Shown in pieces: positions 1 to 12,183 of a stretch of 64,000 bases of DNA. Each line of letters starts with the position of its first letter. The stretch's first letter is position 1. The DNA comes from Macrostomum lignano. Its lineage: Eukaryota. Location of the stretch: positions 124,001 through 188,000 of the forward strand of contig NIVC01000700.1 in the NCBI GenBank assembly GCA_002269645.1. Reading direction: 5' to 3'. The position numbers and the translations under genes were made by a program. Under the pieces are notes generated by a model. It was not told the DNA's origin. It made no database searches and saw nothing but the letters and a program-made list of their open reading frames with translations.

Positions 1-814
1 ATTTTCCTAACTCTAACCAGTACTCAGCAGTACTGCTACTGACTATTATCTTTCCCTTTGAGCAAATCCAGTTACATACTCAATCAGCAATGCTTCTATG
101 CTATTCTAGTTTTTTATTTGTACTTAGCTCTTTAACTCACATTTTCATTAAGTTTTTTTTTTGATGGTTTCACGCGAATTCGTTTTACTTGACTAGTCTT
201 GCAGCCTTAGACAAGCTTTTATTATTATCTATGCATGATTCAACTACTCAATTAGTAGTGCAATTAGTGCTTAGCTTTTTCGCGCAGCGCTTCTTCCAGT
301 CTACGGTATTCGGAAAAGCTAAAAAATGACTCTATTTATTGCTGCATAGGAGGAATTACCAAAGCCAATTAGCTGTCCAGAAAATTATATGGTATCAAGT
401 TAACTGGAGACTATTTAAAGCGACTCCGATCAAACTTGGCAATTGAGTCGAAATTTTCTGCTGTTGTAGTTCTGTATTTAAATCTCTTCAAAATGTTCAA
501 GAACGACTACTTCGAGTAGAGAGTGCGACGTTTTACTAACAGATTGCAGGAGACAACGAGGCAGCATGTTCATCAAGTAAAACCGATTTAAGCGACTATT
601 AACGCTACTTATAAGACAGTTAGAAGTGAACTTGTGTTTTCACATGCAGGACAGCCACACTCTAGGTTACGCAATATACTAGCGGGCACGCAATATCGCA
701 CAATATGTGACTGGATGCTGGTGCAGACTGTTAAAAATTGACACTACGCTCGTACAAGTGCCAAAAAACTCGTCAGACTTCACTTTGCACTCAGATATTG
801 AGACATAAACCCCC

Positions 815-1320
815 ACTGAGACACCAACCCCTACTGAATCTCCAACCCTCACTGAAACACCAACCCAATGAAACACCAACCCCTACTGAATCACCAACCC
901 CCACTGAAACACCAACCCAATGAAACACCAACCCCTACTGAATCACCAACCCCCACTGAAACACCAACCCAATGAAACACCAACCCCTACTGAATCACCA
1001 ACCCCCACTGAAACACCAACCCAATGAAACACCAACCCCTACTGAATCACCAACCCCCACTGAAACACCAACCCAATGAAACACCAACCCCTACTGAATC
1101 ACCAACCCCCACTGAAACACAAACCCCTACTGAAACACCAACCTCTACTGAAACACCAAACCCTACTGAAACACCAACCCCCACTGAGACACCAACCCCA
1201 CTGAGACACCAACCCCCACTGAAACACCAACCCCCACTGAGACACCAACCCCTACTGAAACACCAACCCCTACTGAAACACCAACCCCTACTGAAACACC
1301 AACCCCTACTGAGACAGCAG
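815..1320. repeat. 18-bp tandem repeat (ACTGAAACACCAACCCCT-like)
   Basis: Directly visible array. It reads TETPTP in one frame, but in-frame stops and indels break it, so it is treated as non-coding. Confidence 0.9.
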
Positions 1321-1381
1321 CAAGACTTATTTCGAAAGAGCCCACAGTGGCTGATCTGGCTAACTGGCCCTCAGTACACTC

Positions 1382-4300
1382 TCAGACAGCCACAGCCGAT
1401 GTCGGCTCTCGACCTTCATCGGCCGCAGCCGAATCCTGGCCGTTCCGTCGCTTGCATTTCTTTGTGGCGCAGAGCAGGCGGCCCTCCAGCAGCATGTAGA
1501 ACAGGTCGAGCAATTCGCACAAGGTGAGCAGGCTGCAGCCGATGTAGAGGCCCAACAGGCCGCCCGTGTCAGCAAGAAAAGCAGTCCAAGAGTACGAGGC
1601 CGACAGCACAACTAGAGGTGACCGGGCGGAGGAGCCCCAGACGCTCACCCGCAGATGTGACTCGGCCACGTAGGAGCGAAACAAACTCTCCAGGTGAGCC
1701 GAGTGACCGCCCGGTTGCAGCAGCTGGCGGGCCATCCGAGTGAGCCGCCATCGGGCTGGCGCCTCCGCCTCCGAGACTGCCTGATGCTCCTTGGCGAAGT
1801 AACCAATTGTGGAGCTGCCAACGCCAGGCCAGCGGCCGAACGAGAACACGGCCCGGTAGGAACGGGAATGGCAGGGGATTCGTTTGGAGCAGCTGGCGCT
1901 GGCCTGCTTATCAATCTGGGTGGTCTCCTCCAGACTGGCCGAGCGAAGTCTGGTCAGCACCGCGCTGGACGCCTCGGACAGGTTGAGGCACCTCGGCCAG
2001 GCCCGGTGCTCCCAGAACAGGGGATAACCGGACGGCTGGCAGCCGAACGCGTTAATAAACAATTCGTGCTTGTGACGGTGAAAACAGGTCAGGTGGTTGT
2101 AGTGAAACTCCAGCGGTCTTTCTGCAAGCCAATGGGTTGAAAATAAAAGTCAGATGTGATTAAAGTAAGCTGAATAATAACTGTGCCTGAAATTTAACCT
2201 TAAGAAAATGCCCCAGCGAGAGAGCCATGATACTCACCTGTCAGGTGATCCCGGTAAATAACATCCGGTGAGCCAGGCACGCATTCGTTTCCGTGAAGCT
2301 CCTCGCTGGCGGCGCTCTCCTCCATCTCCAGCGCTACCGAGTAACCGTTGCCAGGAGCAACCAGGAAGCTGCTGCTTGGCGCCACCATCGGATATTCACC
2401 CGGCGGTACCAGCATCATGGTGTAGCCGGAGATCTGAAGCCAATAATAGTTAAGTCTTTTATGAGAGAAAAAGAAACCGAACAAGCAAATTTGTTTTGTT
2501 CTGAGTTTTCCAGACTTTATGATCTCTGAACAAAAAAAATAGAATACGCTGAGTCAGTTCACAAAGACATCAACGTCACAGGGTGCGTCTCAGAGCCTGG
2601 GCGTGAACGTAGGCTACATAGTGCACTACTCCTCGCGCCGATGGCAGCAACGCCTCCTGCACAGTCTGTGGGCGGTACATGCGGTACTCGGCGAGGATGA
2701 TATGGCTGGACGGATTAGGCCAGCGCGGTCATACGCTCGTACAGTGCCGGGTTGGAAACCCTCTCGTCGCCGATCTCGCAGGCACCGTCCAGGTCTAATC
2801 ATTGGATGGTAGTAGATGGTAGGATCTCGGACTGCATGGCTGGCCTCACAGAACGAAAAGCAGCCCAGGCAAGCCCGCGGCGACGCCGCAAATCCCGCGG
2901 ACGTCGGGAACCATCTCTTAAAATGTTGTGGCTATGAAATCTTTTAAACGTACGTAGCTTGGTTGTCTTTGCGGTTTTGTTGATTGTGAGGTTGTGTACA
3001 ATGTTCTACTGATCCTAGAACTTTTGCCCCATGTACATGGACATGTATAGATTAGCAGACGCTTGTTATCAGCCCTTCCGCTCTCCCCATGTAACTAGGT
3101 GTAAAGTTTTTCAGAGCAAAACGTGTGAGATACAAGTAAAAAGTCTGAAAACCTCTGAGTAATCGACGGCTCAATTTACGAGCATAGTGAATTTTCGTGT
3201 TGTTTTCCAACATTATGGTCATCTCATATTAAGCAATAAGCAGCAGCTCCTGACGGTAAGCATTGCAACCTGCCTTTAAGTCCTCGGCCCCTCCAGCATG
3301 CTGCCATTCAGTGAACTCCAGCGACTCGTTACCGAGTCTGTCTTTGATCGGCCGAATCGACTCTCCGGTATAGTTGAAGTCTGAGAAGTACGGATCTGTA
3401 GACAGCCACACGTGCAGGACGCTGCCGCTTGTCTGCATGTGCTGGCGCAGCTTTGGTGTGAGCACCGGCCGAAAGCAGATCAGGTTAGTCGGGTGGTAAA
3501 ACTCCTCCATAGCCACCTGGTCGACCCGGAAGTGACTCACCAGCTCGCTGCGCAGCACCGACTGCAGCTTGCGCAGCGCAAGGTACCTGGTTGGGGTCGA
3601 TCAAATCACATTATGCAATTTGCGACATTCACAAGAAGAATCGCATACTGAAATACAGCAGTCATTATAATAATATTTAAATAAAACTCGAGCGCATGTG
3701 TCCACAGGTGAGGTCCTGGCTCAACGGTTGATAACTTTTGACACGAGTAAGAAATTAAAAACCGACCTTGGCCTGACTGTTGGGCACACATGTAGAAGAT
3801 CATAGCCACCTCTGGATGATAGTAAGAATTGTTCCATTTCATGTTTACTCACCCCTGCTCAGCCCATGCACCTTGCGCAAGTACAACTTCGCAGGCAAGT
3901 CCCTGCTCTATGAAGGCCTATCTCTACAAAGCCTATCCCATACCATGCACCCACCTGATCGCCATGCCAACAGGCAGCGAGTTCTGAATAGCGGAGGCTT
4001 TGAGCAGCACATCGCTGTCATTTGTCTGGCTGTCGTACAGACTGCTCAACCGAGCCACTTCGTCATTCACAGCTTTCGCTTCCGCACTACTCAACGAGAA
4101 CGGATAACTGCCCGAGTACTGACTGTTCGGACAAAAGTACAGCTCGGGAAACACGAAAGACACGCGGCCAGCCTCGTAGGTCGAAGTCAGCTCCACACTC
4201 TGCAGCTTCTTCACGAGGCCCCTGGCCGTGTTAAGAAATAGACCAAGAAACACGGCGAACAGGATTGCCCACATCGCTTTGAGCGGGCCAGCCTTGGTAA

Positions 4301-4385
4301 TTGCCACTCTGCTAATGCCGTGAGCTGTGCTGGTGGTCAGCGCCTCCATCAAGAGTTCATATTTTGTCTTACCGGCGTAGGCCAT
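1382..4385 (-). CDS. DEG/ENaC (ASIC/FaNaC-like) amiloride-sensitive channel subunit; exons approx. 4385-3955, 3902-3853, 3811-3778, 3586-3274, 2433-2238, 2121-1382
   Basis: N-terminal TSTAHGISRV (HG motif) followed by TM1 WAILFAVFLGLF. Also FPELYFC, FYHPTNLICFR, EYPMVAPSSSFLVAPG, and TM2 FLADTGGLLGLYIGCSLLTLCE (GxS filter). Splice phases are consistent; exon 3 boundaries and the exon 4 donor are provisional. Confidence 0.88.
2550..2930 (-). mobile_element. Degenerate non-LTR retrotransposon (RTE-like) C-terminal remnant in an ENaC intron
   Basis: Minus-strand frameshifted peptides DERVSNPALYERM and SHIILAEYRMYRPQTVQEALL resemble, from memory, the post-RT tail of RTE-like LINEs. No search was run. 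Confidence 0.45.
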
Positions 4386-6258
4386 GTCGCTAGGTTTGCA
4401 CGATGAAGATGAAGCGATCTACGAGTATTCTGAAGAGGATGCGTTACAGAATCCCGCTTATATAGCCCCAGCATTCACCGGTCATCTGATTGGCCAATGT
4501 GCCGGTTCAGAAGATATTGAAAATTTACAAGTCTGAATTTGTTACATTAGGCATGCTGTTGTATCTCAAGGAGTGATCATTCCACGCAAAGGGGATTCTT
4601 TGCTGGACTGACCTAGGGAAAAATTTACATTTAACATACATGCATGTATGTAGATATATGCTTTATAAAGCTGGCAGTCTCTCCAACCATGGTGTACGTA
4701 GGAAATTGTGTTGTGCGCACCACACTTAGAAGCGCAAACATTTGGGGGCCCTGGCTATTGGTGGGTACTCTGTTTCTGAAAAACAGGTATGTTTCTGAAT
4801 AGGTATGCAAATGTCATCTGCAAGAGGTGATTAAAATGGAGCGATCTTTGTCATTCATCAAGCTTGCTGGCCTCGATTCGATTTCGCGCGTTTATGAAGT
4901 TTGTACTTTCTGTAGGGCCGCGGTTCTTTGGCGGGCGATGGGGGTGCACGGCCCTCTGATTTTCGACTAAACACCCACATTAACATGCGGCCATATTTTT
5001 AGGAATACTATTTAAGGATCTTTGTGACTTGTAATGATCAACGTCTAGAATAAAAATCTTTTTAAAAAACAAGCGACGACACGACTAACACAGCGGCTTG
5101 GGGAAAGACATTCGCTCTGTGGCATCTTTTAAACGTCCTTTCTGTTTAAGTATGGCCGAATTGATGGACGCTGCTGTGCCTATGCGATCACTTGCAATCA
5201 GCTGCGTCACATACGAGCTAAGAGCCAACGACTTTCATCCATTCTGCAGGTACACGGCATGGTTATACATGTAGGTAGATGCCTTCTTTCAGGTCATGTA
5301 GGTCGTAAACTGTGCATGCAGGATTATAATGCTTGAAGATACGAGCCTACCATAGCAGCAGTCAGAATTAATGTAGATCAATGCAATATTTATTTTCTTT
5401 TCAAAGAAACTAAAAAGAGTACTATCCAATATACTGCACCTGTGTAGCGATAAAAATTCCGTAGTTTCCAGTTCCAATCATGCGTCGCTGCCGACTTTTC
5501 TGGCCTCATAAATTTCCTCTGCGTAAGCCTAATTATCCGAAGTCGATCGCCAGATCTTGATAAAGAAGGCTGCCGTAAAATATTCGGCTTATATAGAAGC
5601 GGCGCATGAGACATGATCTACATGTAGACTTATAACCCGCGGCCAATGCATTTTCATGAGGAAATGCTAATCCGCTTTCTGATTATGCACTGCACTGTGC
5701 AGTAGTTGTTAACCAAGCATTTGGGAGGCAAACGTTTGTCTTAGATGCATCATTTGTACATATGCATGTAGATTAATTAGCGGAATTTTTTGCACTATAA
5801 AAGAAAAATAATGGCGGGAGCACGAGTTTTTTATGCCCTGCATGCTTTTTCGGTCAGGAGCTTCCCGGCCCAGTTTTCCCGACGAGTTTTTCCAGAGCCG
5901 GAGCTTTCCCGCAGGATTTTTCCCTGTTTTAGAGGGTCCTTTGTGCTTAAAATCATTGGTAGTGTGAAATGAAGTGATGAAAATCTAAGTGATAAAACAC
6001 CTGGTCTTCGTTTATCACTGCTATAATCTTCAAACCGAGACATCGGTTCGAATCTGCAGTGCTACATGTAGTCCGAGACTATAGCCATCTCACAGCACGC
6101 CGTGTTCCTCGCGCAACTAGACAAACATCCTCAGCTCTTCTCTACAAAAAACACGCTGAAGGCGTGACTGGCAGACCTTCCTGACCAACCCGCGACCCCA
6201 GCACCCAAGGCTACATGAATTTATATGGTATTCGGGCTCTTCTTTTATTAGCGACAAT

Positions 6259-7096
6259 AGGTCGTATGAATAAAAAGAGCAATAACTTGCGAGTTCAAGC
6301 TTAAACGCTGAGACTGAGCTACTGCTCAGGTCTGAGATTTTGCTCCGAGTCGGAGCATCTGCTCAAGGTCAGTATGAATAAAGTTGGGACTCCTAGTCAG
6401 AGTTCAGACTTTTGGTCTCAGAGCTGTAACTCCAATATTGCGATACTTTGAACCATAGACAAAATGTTGTTTTCTAAGAGTATGCTACGAGTATATGCTT
6501 TGTGTTTTATGTAGAATCCTTCTTTCTGTTTTCCCCTTGTGGCTTCTTTATAATCGGTTAAGTCTGTGCATCAAATCACGAATCAAGCCGGCATCAGCGC
6601 ACCGCCTCTTGTCTCTGTGCTGCCGTTCAGAAAGCGCGTGGCCAGATACTGCACGTTGGTGCGAGAAAATCGGTAGAATCGACCATACTCCGTGTCTCTA
6701 GTCAAGTCGGAAGATCGGCGCTCCGGATAAAACTTCCGTCGAGCGGGAGCACGTGCAGCAAAGAACTCAGCCATACTGCCAAAGAACTCAGTCAAAGAAC
6801 ATCAGCAACTAGAAAGCGCTAGTTACAGCAACCACTAGAGTATAGATGGCTGAGGCAGGCAGAGGGCTGCCTCAACATTTTGTGAGTTGCAGCTCAGAAA
6901 AGATTGTCTATGGCCCGAGTTTATTCATACAGACCGGAGAGTTTGCTCAGCCCCGGATTTTTTCGCTGACACTCGGAGCAACAACTTTCAAGTCAAAACT
7001 CATGAGCTGTTGCTCGGAAGTCACTGCTCCGTTTTTTCATACTGAGTCGAAATTTTGTGCGAGTCTGAGCAATTGCTCATTTTATTCATACGGCCT
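6259..7096 (-). mobile_element. Internally deleted PIF/Harbinger-superfamily DNA transposon (838 bp)
   Basis: 25-bp TIRs AGGYCGTATGAATAAAAWGAGCAAT (23/25 match), flanked by AT direct repeats at 6257-6258 and 7097-7098. Internal peptide 6583-6795 YRFSRTNVQYLATRFLNGSTETRGGAL resembles the N-terminal part of Harbinger-type transposases. Confidence 0.7.
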
Positions 7097-7374
7097 ATTG
7101 CCTCCTCGCTACATGTATGTCATCGAACCAACCCTGTAGATAACTGAAATAAGTCAATTTACGCGGTTTCGCTAGATCCAATAACCTCTGAACTCATACA
7201 CATGTATTGTTGTATAATGTAGCTCGTAGGGTTGCATGGATACCCCTGTCGTGCCAATAAAACAAAAATCTGTTATTCTGACGTAAAAGTGATCTCCGTA
7301 ATCTGCAAATGATCTGATTTATGATCGCGATACGCACTTTTGCATGAAAAGTTGCAGCAATAGTTGCGGATAAT

Positions 7375-10300
7375 ATGTACCCGCCCGAACTTCAGCGATT
7401 TGACTGCATTTCGACAAGTGCCGAGAAACCATTACAATGGGAGCAAAGGTCGACAAAATCTGCTTCGTCCATCATTTTCCCGAAAAGATTGCAGCTATCC
7501 GATGTCCCGGTTCAGCAGAGGAAAAAATCCTACATGGATTGCATCTACCGACAGCGCGTAACCATCAAGCGACTTCAAGACCAGATCGCCAAGGCAAAAG
7601 CAACAAAATTCAAAAGTGCGACAATGAGTCGAGTGATTCAGAGCAGCATCAAGCAGCAGTTTGTTGATTCCCGTGGAATGCGATGGTCAAAGAAAAGTAT
7701 TTCCGAATCTATCCAGCTGCACCACAAGAGCCCAGCTGCCTACCGAATGCTGCGCAACAAGTGGAATTTTCCACTTCCATCCGAGTCATCGCTGAAGCGG
7801 CGAACCCGGCAGTTCTTTTCATCCCCTGGTGTCTGCCAAAAAACGATCAAGCTGTTGCATGAAAAGCTTGCTAATGACCCCGAGCCACAGCGACTAGCAA
7901 CTCTCTGCTTGGATGGCATGAGTTTATCAGCCAGCATCCGCTACGACCATCATGGTGACCGAGTCGTAGGCTATGATGAACACTCTGCTGAGGACCTTGA
8001 GCAAAATCTTCAGAGACCCGTAAACGAAGCCGTTGTTGCTGTTCTCCGTGGAATCTGGAGCAACTGGAAGCAACCAATTGCATACTATCAAGTACATAGA
8101 ACCCTCGGTCAGCTTCGATTTAAGTCTGCGATAGACGAGTGCCTTCGCGCTGCCCATGAAGCTGGAGTTCGGGTTGTCGCACTGGTTGTTGACCAAGAAA
8201 CTACACAATGGGCCTACCTCAGCAAACTGGTGAGTTCAGTACTTTAATGATATAATCCCTTATAAATATTAAAGCATAGAGGAAATAATGCTCAAGTTTG
8301 GATATATTAAAAATTTATTTCGCACTAAAAATTATATTGCTATTGTTTCGAGATTTAAAACTTCAAAATAAAAAAATCAATGTTATTTGTGCCAGTAAAC
8401 GTTTTGATTACTTTAAGCCTTGCAACTTTTTATTTGTTTAGGTAAATCCTGCGGCTCCATTTCTAAACCATCCTGTGACACAAAAGCCCATATTTGTGAT
8501 TATCGATGTCCCGCACTGCCTAAAGAATGCGCGCAATGCCCTCATGAAGAACAACATCATTTTCGATGGAGACAAGCAAGCAAGATGGCAAGACCTAGTC
8601 GACTTCTACGAAAGGGACAGCAGCCGATCGCTTAGACTGGCGAGTCGGCTGAGCGATGCGCACTTCAACCTTCAATTGGGCCAGAAAATGAAGGTCTCCC
8701 TAGCCGCTCAGATCTTTAGTCACTCGGTTGCCAGCGGAATCAAGACACTAGTGCATCATCAAGAACTGCCTATCGATGCCTTGCAGACAGCAGATTTTGT
8801 GCAGAGAGTCAATGATGCATTCGACTTGTTGAATTCAACGCACATTTTTGACAAAGGATTTAAGCAGCCGATCACGCGAAATTCGCTTGCAGAGAAGATT
8901 GACGAGTTGCGCAGCGTCGAAGCCTTCATCAGAAGCTGGCAGTTCCTTCCTAGCAGCGGAAAGTCGCTAAAGGCGACTATGAAATTCAAAGAAGCATTGA
9001 TTCTGTCGACTTCTGCAATACGACAGCTCAGCACAGCGTTGATTCAAGATGAGCACTACGAGTTCGTGTGCACGCGAAGACTAACACAGGATCACGTTGA
9101 GGTGAGTTACCTTGATACTCGTACTTTAAATCAAACATTTTACAAATGTATAAATAGTGTAATCACAGGTGCAAAGAGCAATAGTACTTAGCTGAAATAT
9201 GTACTTCTAATATACCATATTGATGCACGCACAGAGTCAGATGACTCATCAGTCACAGAATCAGATGACTCAAGTCACTGAATCAAATTCAATGAGATGC
9301 CACTGCTCAAGGGGGAATCAATGAGGACTGACTGACTGACTGACTGACTGACTGACTGACTGACTGACTGACTGACTGACTGACTGACTGACTGACTGAC
9401 TGACTGACTGACTGACTGACTGACTGACTGACTGACTGACTGACTGACTGACTGACTGACTGACTGACTGACTGACTGACCTGACTGACTGACCTGACTG
9501 ACTGACTGACTGACTGACTGACTGACTGACTGACTGACTGACTGACTGACTGACTGACTGACTGACTGACTGACTGACTGACTGACTGACTGACTGACTG
9601 ACTGACTGACTGACTGACTGACTGACTGACTGACCTGACTGACTGACCTGACTGACTGACTGACTGACTGACTGACTGACTGACTGACTGACTGACTGAC
9701 TGACTGACTGACTGACTGACTGACTGACTGACTGACTGACTGACTGACTGACTATCTAAAGTTGTAAATTTATTTAAAGTAAAATGCATGTATAAACTTG
9801 AATTACAGAATCTGTTCTGCATCATCCGTGGCCGCAATGGCTTCAACGAAAAGCCTGAGATTGCAGCGTTTCTTGGGCACTGCGATCTGTAGCTGCCAGT
9901 GGCCTCTCCCAGCCAGATTCTGCGGCCAGAAACTGCGAAGACGACGGCTGTGTAGCTGCAGTCACAGCAGACTGTGCAGCTGTTGAACTCAGCACGACCA
10001 GCACGTCTGCCGCGAGTGATTCAAAGGCTGATGATCGGGGTGATGCGACTATTTCCAAAATATTGATACAACAAGAGCAGCCGGCTCATGATTCAATTCT
10101 AGAAGAAGCGACCGAGTATGTGGGCGGCTTTGTGCTCAATAAGAGTGGCGTCCTGGAATGCCAGAGCTGCAAGTTGGTTTTGACTGCTACGAATCCTACT
10201 GGAGTGCATCTACGGCATAAGACGCTGTCTCACGCGGTCTGTGGCCTAAAACTGCCTTCGCCAACTGCACTGCAAAGCTTTAACAAAATGGAAGCCATCT

Positions 10301-10543
10301 TCAGCGCTCAATCAGCAGCCTTCATTGTGCAGCCGAAAGTTGCATTCCGAGTAAAACAAATATTTGTAGCTCGTATCATCTGGAATTTCCTTCCCAGCTT
10401 GTGAAACGCATTTCGAACAAGTGCAAGACCGTTTATTTAAACCATTTTTGCGTCTGCGTTTACACCATTGGTGCCGATGTAGGATGCGCGCGGATGTCCA
10501 TTCTAAGTACTCTGCATTGCGAAAAGTCAAGAAATTTAACTAG
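7375..10543 (+). pseudogene. P-element/THAP9-type DDE transposase with introns (exons approx. 7375-8229, 8442-9101, 9809-10543); two frameshifts in the last exon
   Basis: Motifs LCLDGMSL, VVDQE, DVPHCLKNARN, KMKVSLAAQIFSHSVA, TQDHVE|NLFCIIRG, NCEDD, CETH, FLRLRLHHWC. GT-AG introns at 8230-8441 and 9102-9808. Frameshifts near 9876 and near 10370. Confidence 0.9.
9327..9752. repeat. (ACTG)n microsatellite in transposase intron 2
   Basis: Directly visible. Confidence 0.98.
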
Positions 10544-12183
10544 ATATTTGCATTAACAATACTTTTTACATCGATGGTTTGCTGCTATTCCGGAATTTAG
10601 TTGGTTCTATATTTTTCTGACAAAATTCGTCTTGAAGAGAATTTTCGGCGCTTTCTATAGCATTTTTGTTTTTTTGCCAGCGTCTATTTTGTACTTAATA
10701 TGATTTTTATCATCTAAGTATGCATTAAAATGTATGTATTAAAACGTATATATTAAAGTGAATTGCTCATTTTCATATATCTGCTACTGTTTGCTGTAAT
10801 TTCTGTTTGTGCTATGTATTCTCCTCACGATACTATCGCAAATATATCATACTCATCCTCCTAAAAAGGATAAAAAATATCTTAATCGATTTTTCTTTAC
10901 CAAAATTACACATTTTATGGAAAAAAATCGAAAAATGCCTATATTTCTACTGAACTGAAAGTAGAATGTTAGCGTATGTGCTGAGTGGCCTATCTAGTTA
11001 TTATAGTATCTGTGCTACTAGCCAAAAAATGTTTATAGTGATTCACAGTATAAAAATTGGATCAATTTTAGTACGCGATTACAGTCCGATTACAGTACGC
11101 GAAATCGGAGACATATGGGCCGATTGCTATTTAACTGAATAGTGGCTGCATGCTCTTCCCCCTGTCAGTTTTTTTAAGATGTGGGATTATACATGTATAT
11201 ATTGGACTTATCGCTTAATTTTGTGCTACTGATCAGGAACTAGTGAAAAAACAGCAGTAGCGGTAACTAAGTATCTAACTAAAACCAAAGCCTTGCCTTT
11301 CGCTTTCGCCGACCTTTAGTGCCAAAATAATTTATTCAGCTTTCAGTATCCAGGCTCCACTTAATTCTTCTGCTCCTTGCATTTGGGCAGTAAACCTGCT
11401 AGGAGAAACAGGGGCAGAACGATAATAACAAACAGCTGTTTCAGTAGTCCCTGCTTCTGCTAGTGCTAATCGTAATAAGTAAATTGATGGGAATGTTTTA
11501 GCTTTTAATGAATCTGCTTTAACCGACTTCTTGCTTTTATAGGGGTTTAACTGAAATGATTGGACTGACATGTCGAACTTTAAACTTTTTGGCTTAAGAA
11601 CCGAGCAACCAGCAATAAAGATTGTGCTTGTTTATACTAAATCGTTTTATTTTTAGATTAAACGCTGTTAATTCAATCACAGCTAAGGCAATAAAATTTA
11701 AAGTTTTGTTAATGTGCTTATTTTGGCTGTTATTGTATGAATTTAACTCGTCCATCAAATTACTATTTTTCTTCAGAGCCTATAAGTGAAAACCTCTTTC
11801 AAGAGATTAGAAATGCAGTATTAGGTTCAGTTCCAGTTCCAGAGTGAGGATGATTCAATTATTCGTAAGACTTTTGAGTAGTATTGCTATTTCTGGATTT
11901 CTTTTGCCAGATTAAGTCTTGAACTTGAAACTTTAAAGACAAAATACAGTCTATATTCTAGCGATTTTATACATTAAAAAGCTACTCACGTCACCAGACC
12001 TACTCTAAAGTTATTGCTAATAGCTTGTCATTAAGGTAAAATAAGTAGATTACTTAGTAGACATAGACATTGGATTTTGTCTGATTTTAAGTTCAAGTAA
12101 GCCTAGATTCATTTATTCTAAAGCTTAATAGGCCCCCTAGTTATATAGCCTATAGGCATAGTAGGTCTAGTCTTAGAGCTAAA

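Noticed and set aside
738-1527. Mucin-like TETPTP protein on the plus strand
   Set aside because: It has frame-breaking indels and stops, no convincing start or splice context, and overlaps the ENaC 3' end.
10990-11014. Right TIR of the P-like element (TAGTTATTATAGTATCTGTG)
   Set aside because: No matching left TIR or 8-bp TSD was found upstream.
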